Origin: Tubiluchus corallicola
Lineage: Eukaryota; Animalia; Priapulida
DNA length: 64,000 nt
NCBI GenBank assembly: GCA_030141605.1
Contig: JAQGDQ010000021.1
Location: 1,116,001-1,180,000, forward strand
Reading direction: 5' to 3'
The notes under the pieces are model-generated. The model saw only the letters and a list, made by a program, of their open reading frames with translations, searched no databases and was not told where the DNA came from. Both the position numbers and the translations under genes were made by a program. This document shows positions 1 through 29,879 of the stretch, piece after piece. Each line of letters starts with the position of its first letter. Within the stretch, counting starts at the first letter, position 1.

Positions 1-2765
1 TGACTTTGACCACGACTGCTTGTAGCGTGTTAGCTACGCAAGTGAATTTGACCATTACTGCATGTAGTGTGTTAGTTATGCAAGTGACTTTGACCATGAC
101 TGCTTGTAGCGTGTTAGCTACGCAAGTGCCTTTGACCACGACTGCATGTAGTGTGTTAGCTATGCAAGTGACTTTGACCATGACTGCATGTAGCGTGTTA
201 GCTACGCAAGTGACATTGACCATGACTGCATGTAGTGTGTTAGCTACGCAAGTGAATTTGACCATTACTGCATGTAGTGTGTTAGCTATGCAAGTGACTT
301 TGACCACGACTGCATGTAGCGTGTTAGCTATGCAAGTGACTTTGCCATGACTGCTTGTAGTGTGTTAGCTACGCAAGTGACGTTGATCATTACTGCATGT
401 AGTGTGTTGGCTATGCAAGTGAATTTGACCATGACTGCTTGTAGCGTGTTATCTATGCAGGTGACTTTGACCATGACTGCTTGTAGCGTGTTAGCTATGC
501 AGGTGACTTTGACCATGACTGCATGTAGCGTGTTAGCTATGCAAGTACTTTGACCATGACTGCATGTAGTGTGTTAGCTATGCAAGTGACGTTGACCATG
601 ACTGCATTTAGCGTGTTAGCTATGCAAGTACTTTGACCATGACTGCATGTAGTGTGTTAGCTATGCAAGTGACGTTGACCATGACTGCTGGCAGCGTGTT
701 AGCTATGCAACTACTTTGACCATGACTGCATGTAGCGTGTTAGCTGTGCAAGTGAATTTGACCACGACTGCATGTAGCGTGTTAGCTATGCAAGTGACTT
801 TGACCACGACTGCATGTAGTGTGTTAGCTATGCAAGTGACTTTGCCCATGACTGCATGTAGTGTGTTAGCTACGCAAGTGACTTTGACCACGGCTGCTTG
901 TAGCGTGTTAGCTACGCAAGTGCCTTTGCCATGACTGCATGTAGCGTGTTAGCTACGCAAGTGACTTTGACCATGACTGCATGTAGTGTGTTAGCTATGC
1001 AAGTGACTTTGACCACGACTGCATGTAGTGTGTTAGCTATGCAAGTGACTTTGACCACGACTGCATGTAGTGTGTTAGCTATGCAAGTGACTTTGACCAC
1101 GACTGCATGTAGTGTGTTAGCTATGCAAGTGACTTTGCCATGACTGCATGTAGTGTGTTAGCTATGCAAGTGACTTTGACCACGACTGCATGTAGTGTGT
1201 TAGCTATGCAAGTGACTTTGACCACGACTGCATGTAGCGTGTTAGCTATGCAAGTGACTTTGATCACGACTGCATGTAGTGTGTTAGCTATGCAAGTGAC
1301 TTTGACCACGACTGCATGTAGTGTGTTAGCTATGCAAGTGACTTTGACCATGACTGCATGTAGCGTGTTAGCTATGCAAGTGACTTTGCCATGACTGCAT
1401 GTAGCGTGTTAGCTGTGCAAGTGACTTTGACCATGACTGCATGTAGCGTGTTAGCTACGCAAGTGACTTTGCCATGACTGCATGTAGCGTGTTAGCTATG
1501 CAAGTGACTTTGACCACGACTGCATGTAGCGTGTTAGCTATGCAAGTGACTTTGATCACGACTGCATGTAGTGTGTTAGCTATGCAAGTGACTTTGACCA
1601 CGACTGCATGTAGTGCGTTAGCTATGCAAGTGACTTTGACCACGACTGCATGTAGCGTGTTAGCTATGCAAGTGACTTTGATCACGACTGCATGTAGTGT
1701 GTTAGCTATGCAAGTGACTTTGACCACGACTGCATGTAGTGCGTTAGCTATGCAAGTGACTTTGACCACGACTGCATGTAGCGTGTTAGCTATGCAAGTG
1801 ACTTTGATCACGACTGCATGTAGTGTGTTAGCTATGCAAGTGACTTTGACCACGACTGCATGTAGTGCGTTAGCTATGCAAGTGACTTTGACCACGACTG
1901 CATGTAGCGTGTTAGCTATGCAAGTGACTTTGATCACGACTGCATGTAGTGTGTTAGCTATGCAAGTGACTTTGACCACGACTGCATGTAGTGCGTTAGC
2001 TATGCAAGTGACTTTGACCACGACTGCATGTAGCGTGTTAGCTATGCAAGTGACTTTGATCACGACTGCATGTAGTGTGTTAGCTACGCAAGTGACTTTG
2101 ACCACGACTGCATGTAGTGTGTTAGCTATGCAAGTGACTTTGACCACGACTGCATGTAGCGTGTTAGCTATGCAAGTGACTTTGACCACGACTGCTTGCA
2201 GTGTGTTAGCTATGCAAGTGACTTTGACCACGACTGCATGTAGTGCGTTAGCTATGCAAGTGACTTTGACCACGACTGCATGTAGCGTGTTAGCTATGCA
2301 AGTGACTTTGATCACGACTGCATGTAGTGTGTTAGCTATGCAAGTGACTTTGCCCATGACTGCATGTAGTGTGTTAGCTACGCAAGTGACATTGACGACG
2401 ACTGCATGAAGTGTGTTAGCTATGCAAGTGACTTTGACCACGACTGCATGTAGTGCGTTAGCTATGCAAGTGACTTTGATCACGACTGCATGTAGTGTGT
2501 TAGCTATGCAAGTGACTTTGACCATGACTACTTGTAGCGTGATAGCTGTGCAAGTGACTTTGACCATGACTGCATGTAGTGTGTTAGCTATGCAAGTGAA
2601 TTTGACCACGACTGCATGTAGTGTGTTAGCTATGCAAGTGACTTTGACCATGACTACTTGTAGCGTGTTAGCTACGCAAGTGACTTTGATCACGACTGCA
2701 TGTAGTGTGTTAGCTACGCAAGTGAATTTGACCACGACTACATTTAGCGTGTTGGCTATGCAAGC
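1..2765. repeat. 42-bp tandem satellite/minisatellite (consensus TGACTTTGACCACGACTGCATGTAGTGTGTTAGCTATGCAAG), running off the left window edge
   Basis: Directly visible tandem units, some 41 bp through single-base loss; the 14-aa-periodic ORFs on both strands are artefacts of the 42-bp period. Confidence 0.97.
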
Positions 2766-3319
2766 GAGTTAACCCAAATTGCTTATAGAGTTGTGATGTG
2801 TTAGGTCTTTAATGCAGTGTATAATGAAAGTTTCTTTACGCGTTTCAAATTGGCACACACAAATTGGCAATGTTAACTGTCTATTCAAATTTCAAATCTG
2901 CCTAACTAAAATATGCAACCATAGTGTTTCCTAGCACAGTTTATAGCATCGTTTGACTCCGTTTTTCGCCTAGGTATTTTGCACGCATTTTCCGCCCGTT
3001 TGTCCAACAGTAAATGTGCTTTGATCGCCGTTGTTTCAATGCGTTTTCGGCCATTTCTCGTCGGGCTTTGTTTCTTAATCTCATTCTCAATTAACTTTGC
3101 TCCTATGATGCCAGTCTCACGTACGACTCAGAGTAGAATTGTTGGATTTCGATAAGCGTACGTGCACTAATTGTGATTAAGATTATTAACATTATGCAAC
3201 GGTAATAAAGTGTAAGAGCATTTTATACGATCGATCAAAAATGTCGTACGGGTTCACTTAATATCTATACACTCAAAGAAATGTAAATTACTGGATTCTG
3301 ATTGATCCTTATTTTATAT

Positions 3320-3800
<481 letters not shown>

Positions 3801-3843
3801 ATAATTTAAACTCATAACAAAATTATTATGAAAAATTTCCTAG

Positions 3844-19794
<15,951 letters not shown>

Positions 19795-20970
19795 AGCGAC
19801 TAAAACCGTCAAAGAAACACGTGTTACTCAAATGACGCATGAATCAATGAATTTCTCTCTCAGATGTTATCGCTAATAAAAAAAAGAATTAAAATGAGCG
19901 ATGGAATTGAACCTGATCATAACACTGTAATAGCCGTGACAAATGTGGTTAAAATTTATAAGAGCAATGCAAATGGTGCGTGGAGTCTACGAAGTAGGAT
20001 TTGCAGCAGTTGTGCAATAAAAGTGTGAAAAACAGAATCAGTGGAATAATCTTACAGTAACACAAGAAATTCTTTTATATATGCACGTATACGAAGTACA
20101 GGTCTTTTATCTTCCAAATAAAAAAAAGCAAATTGTAAGATAAAACTAGATACAGCGGATATTTTTACTTAATAACCGATTAAGCTTTCCAAATCAAGAA
20201 ACTAACACTTTTAAGCGCTAAAATTATCTTGTTAATCCATTTTAAACAAATAAAGATTTTATATATATAAATTATCTTAACTTACCGGTTATTGTTTTTC
20301 TTTGTCTATTTGCATTGCACAACACAAGCAGAAATTATATAAAACGCTTGTGAAGTTAATACATAATATATAATATGATATTTTTACTCAAAAATGCTCA
20401 GCAGGAAACAAATTAGAATTATTTCTCTCAAAGAAGAACAAAGGAAAACCTTGTGACTTGCAGAACGAATTAGAAATCTCAGTACTATAATGTAATGTAC
20501 TGAAGGGGAAATATCCCAGCCACCCCCGCTCCTACATTGTAATGGTTTTGTTCATTAAGTGAATACTAGCATCAATAAGGAGTCCAGGATTCAGAAGTTC
20601 CGTGTTTCAGTAGCGATACATGCTGGTGTACTTCCGATTTAAGCACCTGTTCCGTAGACCAGCATGGACGACGCAGGACAGGTTTCCTGACAGGCTCAAC
20701 TTTAATTTCTTCTTCTGGCAACTCTGCGCGGGTTTTCGACAGATGCTATAACAACTCTGACCTTCAACCGCCGCAAATTCATTACAATACAATTTCCCGT
20801 CTGCATTACCGCAAAGGAAATATTTACTGAATATCTGGATCATTTATATCCGTAAATAACTTTTCTGTTCCGGAAACCCATTCAGGCCTGTTTGGCTAAT
20901 TATCATAATTTGCTTTTGTGTAGTCTGACACCACTATAGTCATATATGTTAAAATGTACTGTATATATGT

Positions 20971-21090
20971 GTCTACGGCCATATCACGTTGAAAACACCG
21001 GTTCTCGTCTGATCACCGAAGTTAAGCAACGTAGAACCTGGTTAGTACTTGGATGGGTGACCGCCTAGGAATACTAGGTGCTGTAGGCTT
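20971..21090 (+). rRNA. Full-length 5S rRNA sequence (isolated copy, probably the head of a SINE or a pseudogene)
   Basis: GTCTACGGCCATATCACGTTGAAAACACCGGTTCTCGTCTGATCACCGAAGTTAAGCAACG...GTTAGTACTTGGATGGGTGACCGCCTAGGAATACTAGGTGCTGTAGGCTT, 120 nt with internal control region; no oligo-T terminator follows. Confidence 0.85.
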
Positions 21091-21484
21091 GCAGCTTGCC
21101 CACAGGGCGGAGGAGGTCAAGTGACCCAACGGCCATGTGTAGAGGAGTAAGCCTTCCAAATCAGGAGTGGAGCCCCGAAGACGGACCAGTGCAGCATGCT
21201 CACTGACTCCGGCAGCTCCTGCAGCCAACCTGGTGCCAAACGTATCGCTCCGCTTTCCTTTGAGCTACACCAGGGAGGAAGAGAGGGGGTTCCTGCTGTC
21301 TGGGCAACTCAGGATCTCCATACACCTTGCCCAGGAATGCGCCCTGGAGAGGCCACTCCAGTGGTTCAAACATCAGATTGCTCAGCCACAGTCGACGCTG
21401 CAGCTCCATCAATGTGATCAGTAACTGACTTTCTTGGCGCACACTCCATTGTCTTCCGAGACAGAAGGATGCCAACAACAGCAA
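20971..21484 (+). mobile_element. 5S rRNA-derived SINE (SINE3-like), ~510 bp
   Basis: 5S head fused directly to a ~390-bp GC-rich body with no T4 run, ending in a CAACAACAGCAA tail; TA-repeat sequence on both flanks. Confidence 0.7.
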
Positions 21485-21984
21485 TATATATATAGATATG
21501 GATATGGATATGGGTATGGATATGGATATGGATATGGATATGTAATACTAGATAATGCGCTTAATTAACTACCATTAACAGATTGCTTTTAATAATTGAA
21601 TCTACGAATTAAACGACAAAGTTATAGTATGATTATAAGGATTAATATAGTTACTGATATTGAGCAGTGTCATGTTTGTGATAACTTTAGTAGTGAATTA
21701 AATTCTTAAATTAAGTGAAAAAACGAACTAAGTAGCCCAGAACTTAGGAATCTAGAACACCTTCCCCCATTCCTTAAAGTTACAAGAAACGTTTTGGGGG
21801 TAATCACAATCAGCGTCGGTCGGGCTTAGATTTTAGTTTTCCGGACACATTCAAACTTACATGACGACGAGTTTATACAAACGACTTAAAGAGCTTAATC
21901 ACCATTGAAATTCATCATTGAAATTTAAATTGGGGTAAAATACTAGATATAGGTAATGCTTGAACAGTTTTTGTGAAAATGCAT

Positions 21985-22355
21985 TGTTGTGTTTTGTTTC
22001 TCTCGGAAGGTTCGTAGAGAAAACCAGAAAACTCTTCTTCAAATTAAACTAGTTTATTAAGCGAGAATTCTACAACACAAAAGTACGAAGGAACGCGAAA
22101 TGATTACAGTAAACGTGAAAATCTGGAAAACGTTTGAGTGTATCTGAAAATACAGGTATACAAGAGAATGTGTAAGTGGCGTCCGTGTGAATCAGCGTGT
22201 TTGTGTGTCAACGGCCAGCTTCGCCTTATATAGCGTGCCAGGGAACATTTCAGAAGTTTCTTTCTAGAACATTCTACAAGGTAAGATGATTATTCTAATG
22301 GAACATTCTACAATGTTCTATTTAATTCTAATAGATGCCAGCGATCTCCACAACA
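21985..22355 (-). mobile_element. Solo LTR (371 bp) of an LTR retrotransposon
   Basis: Ends TGTTGTG...CACAACA; 5-bp target-site duplication TGCAT (21980-21984, 22356-22360); minus-strand TATATAA (22226-22232) and AATAAA (~22053). Confidence 0.88.
22243..22320. promoter_or_regulatory. Heat-shock-element (nGAAn) cluster within the solo LTR
   Basis: TTCtaGAAcaTTC at 22262-22274 and GAAcaTTCtaCAAtgTTC at 22301-22318, 30-90 bp upstream of the LTR TATA box. Confidence 0.6.
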
Positions 22356-24189
22356 TGCATGAAAATGTGTGGTTTAAAGTCACCGTTGTTTGCAAATAGA
22401 TTAGTCTTCCTCTTCCTAAGTGTTTACTGTGTTTAAAATTATTCGTTTTAGTTAATTCTTCTTAACATATAAAATACAAATAGATATATAGTGTGCCATA
22501 AAGTCTTGCAAAATTTTCAAAGCTTACTAAGTTCACTGGAAACACATCTTGGAGCAAGTAAAACTATTTTGGTTTGGAAGAGTGTAAGTTAATGGCTGCT
22601 TGTTGAACTTGGTGTCCTGATGCTACTCTCTTCCAAAGTTTCAGCTCGTCTTGATATCAATTAGTGAGGTTTTCACGTGTCAACTAATTAACTAATTAAT
22701 TAAATGATCAAAATGATTGAATCTGAATGAGCAGCTGTCTGTGTGTTTATCTGAAAACGTATTAAAGGAATGGTCAAGCCTTTTGGGAAGTTAGGATTAG
22801 TTTAATTTCCGTGAAAAATGTTAGAAGAATTTAACAATAAAAGTGTAATAAGTGATTCGTGAAATCAGTAACATCACTTTAAAGTCGCGATCATTTCACG
22901 CTTGGACGCTCTTATTTTGAATGGTCATTCTTCCACCAATGACGTCGTTCAGCGCACTGCTACTTTCCATCAAAAGCATAAAAGTTTCTACAAAAATTAG
23001 ATTATGTGATATTTTTACACTTTAGATTAAGTGAGATTATGTGATTATGAATAGTTCATGCAGGCAGCGCGTGCTTACAGAAAGCCATGATGTCCACCAG
23101 TTACGTCATTTCTATTTAGGGATATAATAGAATTAACTTCATGCCATCAAGACATTTTTTGCAAATTTCTTTGCTATAGTCTTCTACATTTAAGTAATAA
23201 CATGTAAAGTGAACCCAACATGCCAAGTGACTCATTCTTTTTTTAAAGCCCAGTCACCTGATAATTATTGAAATTTGCATCTATATCTGGTTAAATTGTT
23301 GTCCAGTTTTTTACAAAAACATAGCCCTCGGGTGAGGAATACTATCAAGTTCACCAAGTATACACATATAAACGTAAAGCAGAGTTACACCAAATTCATA
23401 TTCCCCAAACTGGATCCAAACTGGATCCAAATCTGAATTCAAAATTGAAATAAAACCACAAAATCCACATAGGTGGCGTCACACGGCCACAAGTGTGAGG
23501 ACTGCTCTCGCTATTTCGTCGCTTCTTCCGTATGGTTCAACCAGGCAGCATTAGTTAATATTAATCAACACAGGTGGCGCTAGCGTACCGGGATGAGTTT
23601 AGGTGAACACATAAATTTTATTTCGAACAGGTAAACTGTTGCCTTGGATACAAATAAGCAATGTATTGACGAGTGCATTCGGACATGCTCATGCATGGGA
23701 TGAAGAGGCGAATCTGTGTCTGTTGCTCTGCAAATCACACGGGGAATTCAGAATTCTCATATTCTGCATATTTTGTCTACACTATACACTAAGCAGGGAT
23801 TTGCCGGAATGACGAAGAAAGAAGGTGAGATTTGCTGTACCTTTCATTACAATGATTCGGTTTCTCTGAGTTATAATAGTCAGTGTTTCTTACGTAATAT
23901 TAATGTATTACTTAGTACATTAATATTGATCAAACTGCTTAAGTCATGACTCCCTATGCTTTTGATGACGTTACAATGCAGGAGCTTACAAAGATTTGCA
24001 TTATGACTCCCTTGCAAGAGGTTTAAGTGATATAATCCATTGCTATATACTACAGATCACTTGCCGGTCACTCTTTAAAATTAATTTAAATCATTTACAT
24101 CGTGAATGCAACAATGAAACTTTCCGAAAATGTTCTTTGGATCTTGTTGGAAAAAGTAAATAGTTCTTAAGTAATGAATTTGATGAAAA

Positions 24190-24625
24190 ACCTATTTAAG
24201 GTTGATTATGACTACAGACGTCTTTTAGTGTTGTCTAGTGATACAAGGCCCCGTGGTCATAATTTAAAGCTTACAAAGCCACAAGTTCGACACAATGGGG
24301 CGTTTGTACAGTTTTTGCATGTCGAGTGATAAATGTATGGAACTCTTTGCCTTTTGAAGTCGTAAATGCCCCTAACTTAACTACTTTTAAAACTCGCGTA
24401 CACAGCCATCTCTACCAAAACTCGTAATGTTTTTTTAATAATTTTGTACCTTCTGTTAATTATTATTGTCATAGGTACGTAAAGTTTAGTACTAATTCAC
24501 ACTTGCATTATTGTACTGTATGATATCCTGCACCATGTTTTCCTCTTCGTATGGGGACTACTTTGAGTAATTTAAATTATTGTATTTTGTTGTAATTTTT
24601 TGTTACTACTCGAATTACAATCACT
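24190..24625 (+). mobile_element. 5'-truncated CR1-clade LINE 3' end
   Basis: Translates, with a frameshift, to RGHNLKLTKPQVRHN..RVINVWNSLPFEVVNAPNLTTFKTRV, the typical CR1 ORF2 C-terminus; followed by a 3' UTR-like stretch and (AAT)n. Confidence 0.8.
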
Positions 24626-24626
24626 C

Positions 24627-24860
<234 letters not shown>

Positions 24861-26089
24861 GGCAACTCAAAAGGGAAGGTATGGGGGCAGGAACTATTTT
24901 AGCACATTCAATGAATATCAGTGAAAATTTTTAACCTATGATGTTTAATGTATAAGCGATATAATGATGTAACCATGGGCCGAACCTAACAATACATCAA
25001 ATTTTGCTTTAGAGGTGCCTCCTTTGCAACGCACCCACTTAAAAGCTTAACAATTACCAAAAATTGATATCCACGTTGAAATGCATTATTTGAGAACTAC
25101 CTGAGAACCATCTTTATTCAGTAAGGTGTCAATAGCATTTTGGCAAAATTTCATTGATGCACTCAAAATGTGATTTAAATCGAATTGGGAGTCATTTTAG
25201 TGGCACCTGTATATAGGACACCAATTTGAAAACTTTAAGAGAGACCAACAAATGATCTCCAGTAGACCATCCGTGGATTCCAGGACTCAAACATTTTGTA
25301 GGTGAATTAGTGGAAATCTCTGTCAGCGCATAAACTTGTAAAGATACTGAGAATTACTATTATGAACATGAACAATAGTTTGTATGCATAATTACTAGAT
25401 AGCGACAATAGCACTGCAAACGACATTATTAAGATTTTTCACATAAAAAACGTGTAGAGTTTACTATTATAAAGGAGAACGAACATTACAAACAGGCATT
25501 CTTTTAAACAATAATAGTATTGTCGATAATTCCATCAATTATAAGTGACCAGGATTATCGTATGGCATCGCACCGTACCGTACCACATGTTTTTTATCTT
25601 GTCATAATATGTGGACATTAGTTTAAACAATATTTTTATTTGATAAGAAACATTACAATCATAAGTACATTTTAATAAAAACAATGGGCACTTAATCAAT
25701 CGCTGATTGGCTAACAGGTGTAACCTATATAAAAGCCTTTCAGAAAGTACATACCGTCATTTATAAGTTTAGTAGGCACACGATTACAAGAACTGTAATT
25801 ATGTATTAAGTAAGGGCGAAATTGGGAAGATTTATATCTTGCTTTTTGAACAGCGGTCTGCGAAAGGATGGGACAAGTTGGTTATGATGTGTTTAATGTT
25901 GATGTTAAGTTACAAAAATACAATAAGTGACAATGAAGCCAATGAAAGATAGATGATAGTGTTTGGGTCACGGGAAACGCGAACGTATAAATAATTTGCA
26001 TTTGCTCTGTAAGCTAGAATTCAGAGATTATTAATTTAGTATAAATTTAATTTTATTAATTGAAGCGCCCACTTTGTATAACAAACAAA

Positions 26090-29000
26090 ATGACAGCTAT
26101 GTCACTGTTAGAATCACGAGGAAGTGAGATATCGTCACATAGTAGTATTGAAGAAAATGGTTAGGATCTTCATGGGGAGTGCCGCAGGATATTTAGACAT
26201 TACATATAGGTGGCACATAGAACATAGAATTTTTTTGTATGCAAACTTTTTATTTTGCATTGTTTGTATGCATAATTATAAAATATAGCAGTTAATAATG
26301 CAAATAATGTCAACAGTTTGATCAAGAGCTATAAGTACCTTTCAGCTAATAGCAGGTGATTTTTCTCAATACCAATTGGCAAATGCATCTGCAAAGTAAA
26401 TCAATTAGCTACTTGCCCCCTATAAATTTTTAATAGTATCTGCTCAGCTGTTTATGGCTGTTTATAGAATCAATATTTACTGTTTTCTACGAACAAGGTA
26501 TAACAAAAATTCTTGCCCAACAGGGTAGTATGTTTTATTATGTTGCTTATCACACAAAATGCTAATTACTTGACTGTTTTAGTAAATGATAAAGTAATAA
26601 AGAAAGCATTATTCAGTAGTGTTTCGTACGAGTGCTTCTGAAATCAATGTGCATATTTGAAATCAATGTGTTAAACATGTTTGAAACAATTTATGATCAT
26701 ACATACTGCGCACAGTAGTTCTAACCAGTAGCGCGCACCATGAGTATTGAGTAGTCGTGAGGGTTTCATTTTTTTATTATGGAATACTGACCTCGAACGT
26801 TTTTTATGTGCAAATTATATTTCATTTTAATAAATACCATGTACTCTGTGGAGAGTAGTTTATCCTCATAGCCTATGGAAAATGATAGTGACGACAGTGT
26901 TGACGACTGTATGAGGTGGCGCAAAAATGTGCCGAATTATCACGATATTACAAGAAGGAAAAGACGAAATCAATTGAAAATTGCCACACCGATGTTGCAG
27001 ATGAATGTGTATAATGACTTAAAACTTTAGGCCGTTTTTTTGTATTTTTAAAGACACAGAAGTTTTTGAAACATCAGGTCAAAAAATGAATGCCGTAAAA
27101 AACCGTATCACTATTGTCAAATTTACAGCACTGTATCTAAACGAAGGCGTTTCTTCCAACAGCTGATACAGTTTCTCACTTCTTTAAGGTGTGTTTGGTC
27201 CCAGAACTCAACAATTTTTGCATTTAGTTCCTCAAATGGCTCTGTGCAGAACATTGTACACTTTCTTTTAAGAGAATTATAGATATCGTAATCTAGAAGA
27301 TTAAGTCCCATTTTTTCTTGATAGCAAATCTTTATCAGTGCTTTCTGGTGATAATCGTGATGTAAATTGGTTGATTCCTTTATTGTTTTGCTGCCATCTA
27401 TTGAGTGCTTTATACGTTAGCCCGGTTTTTTCTTAATTAATGACTAGCTAACGTTGTTCTAGCATTTAATTTTTGAGGCGCAAAAATTTTTTGCCATAAC
27501 TTAAAAACCAGGAAAACTATAGGCCAGTAACGCTTACAGCCAAAAGCGAATGTATTGTAAACACACACACTGCAAAATTTCAACACTGCATGGCACTTGC
27601 TCCTCATATTATTGTAGTTTGGCACATTTTGGCATATTTGGCACATTTTTTCTGCCCCATCCGATATATACGCAAGGGTAATTAATGATCACGATGATAA
27701 AATTGACTGTCTTAAGAATCGGGAAACTCACTGGGACGTATTTCCAAACCTGATGTTAGATACTCGTACTTTTATAATACGTTGTTTATTACGGTTATAT
27801 TGTTTTTAACTGCAGAAAACAACAGCAAGAAGTTTTTGTACAAACCTCCACTAAAGGAGAAAGAGCAAACAGAACTACCAAGCAGGGCGGAGAAATCATT
27901 TCTTTCAAACGATAGTAAGTCTGTAATGGCGAGGTAAACTAGCACAACTTAAAAGCAACCATTTTGTAGTTTTTATACAATTTTGTGCTGTACAAGCTGA
28001 AATCCAAGGCCTACTTAACATGGATTGCGGTGGCGAGTCCTGAACTGGATTATCGTTAAGGCTAATCCTCTATCGATGAGCGGTTGAACCAGTCACTGCT
28101 CAGTTCGGGTGTGAACGCCTTTTCACTCAAAGAGCCAGTAAGGAGCCAGAATTAGGTTGGTATATGAAACTGCTCAAACAGAGTATTGAATGCGGGTAGT
28201 CACCCATCCAACCACTCATCAACCTCCATGTTGCCGCACTGACCACTCGCCTTGGGGATGTGTACATTAATATCTTAAGCATGGTTACATAAGCTACTAA
28301 CTAGGGATCATATTTTCTTTCTGGCCTCTGAAAAGGTCGTGTGCAATTCTGCTTTGTTAGCCAAATCGTTGCTCGTCACTTTCCTTATCTTTTAAATGTT
28401 ATTTTGGTAGCATTTTACAAAATTTTTGCACTTGATTGCTTTTGTGCAAAAAGCTGGATTACAACTCACAATGATCAAAACTTTTTTCCAGACAGCTCAA
28501 TAGATTTAGAAGAAATATGGAGCATCAGGAAAAACATCTCCACGTTTCAAAGTCCAAGCCAAATAGTTCAACGAAATATGATAGTTGGTGTAGAAAAAAA
28601 CTTATATTCTAGACATGGGAAAGGTACAGTAATAGCCGTTGTTAAGATGAAAACAAAGCTTGCATTTCATTTTTTGGCATTTAGAAAACCAAACTTAACG
28701 TCTCGAACAATTCCTCAAGATATCGTGAACAAGTTCTTTAAACGTCGCTGTAGTATTCAAGCAGTTGTTGCGCACTGCATAATGTTTATCACCTGCACAC
28801 TAACTTTACTGCGATATCCCCTTAAGATATCGTTAATCTGAACCAAGCCACTTGTTAATTAATAATAACCATCTTTGGCTGTAACACGTTAATTTGATAA
28901 GTAAATGCGAGGTGCATTACCTCTCACCGGTAATTAACAGGAAGTATATATACAGTGACGGCACATCCGCTAATAATGAAAATGGTAACAGCTTTACTTA

Positions 29001-29238
29001 ATTTTCAGATTACGAGATTTCTGATTCATCTTGGAAATTGATTAAGAACCCCAAACATTCACCTGATTATTCTAGAACAAATGAGATTCGCGGAGAACGC
29101 GCAGCTTCTTCAATAGAGCTCACGCCTGCTGTACAGAAAGACAGCAATGCAAAAACACACGGTGATGGTGCACTACGACAATCTAATGAACAAAAAGTAC
29201 AAGATGACTCAGTTATTTCTGACGATGAACAATGGTAA
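26090..29238 (+). CDS. Possible small spliced gene or gene remnant of unknown function (polar, low-complexity product)
   Basis: Candidate exons 26090-26159, 27816-27914 and 29009-29238 have AG/GT borders and compatible phase-1 junctions, giving 132 aa ending ...DDSVISDDEQW*; AATAAA at ~29421 and ~29440. No recognisable domain. Confidence 0.3.
26908..27668 (-). mobile_element. Decayed Tc1/mariner-superfamily element (same family as 8181-9340)
   Basis: Minus-strand GLNLLDYDIYNSLKRK...LNAKIVEFWDQTHLKEVRNCISCWKKRLRL (SPDLNPLDY-type motif region); imperfect TIRs; sequence shared with 8190-8400 and 9000-9240. Confidence 0.75.
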
Positions 29239-29879
29239 CTTTGTTGACTGGTGCAACTCCAAAAGAGGCCAAAAATATAACTTGACAGTTGTAATTACAT
29301 GTTGCAGATATGTTATAGGTGTGCCTATTTGTTAAGCTACTGTGGGCCTAATAGATATGCCTATGTATTATAGCCTATTTCTCATACATACGTAGGCTCT
29401 ATTTTTTGTTGTATAACTGTAAATAAACATTGTGAAAGCAATAAATTATATATGACCTGAAATAACTTTTGTTGGGGTTGGTTCAGTCCGGACGAAGGGT
29501 GAGAAATGTATTTGTGAAAGTAAATCAAGTTTATCAACGAAAAATTTTCTATTTCGTTTTAAATTTGCTTGTCACAACCTTGTCATTTCTGTCTTTACAT
29601 GTCCGTGATAGGCAGATGTAATAAAGTATTTTCCTCCTCGTGAAAGAAAAACGGAAATTATTTGTTCACCACATGGCACTCAAGCAATCCTAGCGTATAC
29701 AAAGGGACAACTATATAGTTTCTGATTCATTCGTAAAATTCAGATAATTTTTTGTCTCAAAATAACTATCTCTTGTAAAACAGACGTTTTCAAAAGGAGA
29801 AATTTTCACCTGCTGCGATACTTCGTGTTATTGCCAATCTGTAGAAATGAAGATAATTGGTACAAGGGTAGTCAACAAC

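Noticed and set aside
1-2765. CRISPR-like array
   Set aside because: Units are contiguous with no unique spacers, the context is eukaryotic and there are no cas genes; the same applies to the 31-, 35- and 60-bp repeats.
6-2772. Long ORFs (up to 426 aa) on both strands with 14-aa repeats
   Set aside because: By-product of a stop-poor 42-bp satellite; frames break at 41-bp units and no splice or start context supports them.
25930-25985. Three in-frame TGA codons in an exon-like segment (selenoprotein?)
   Set aside because: No SECIS identified and no homology; more simply non-coding or decayed sequence.
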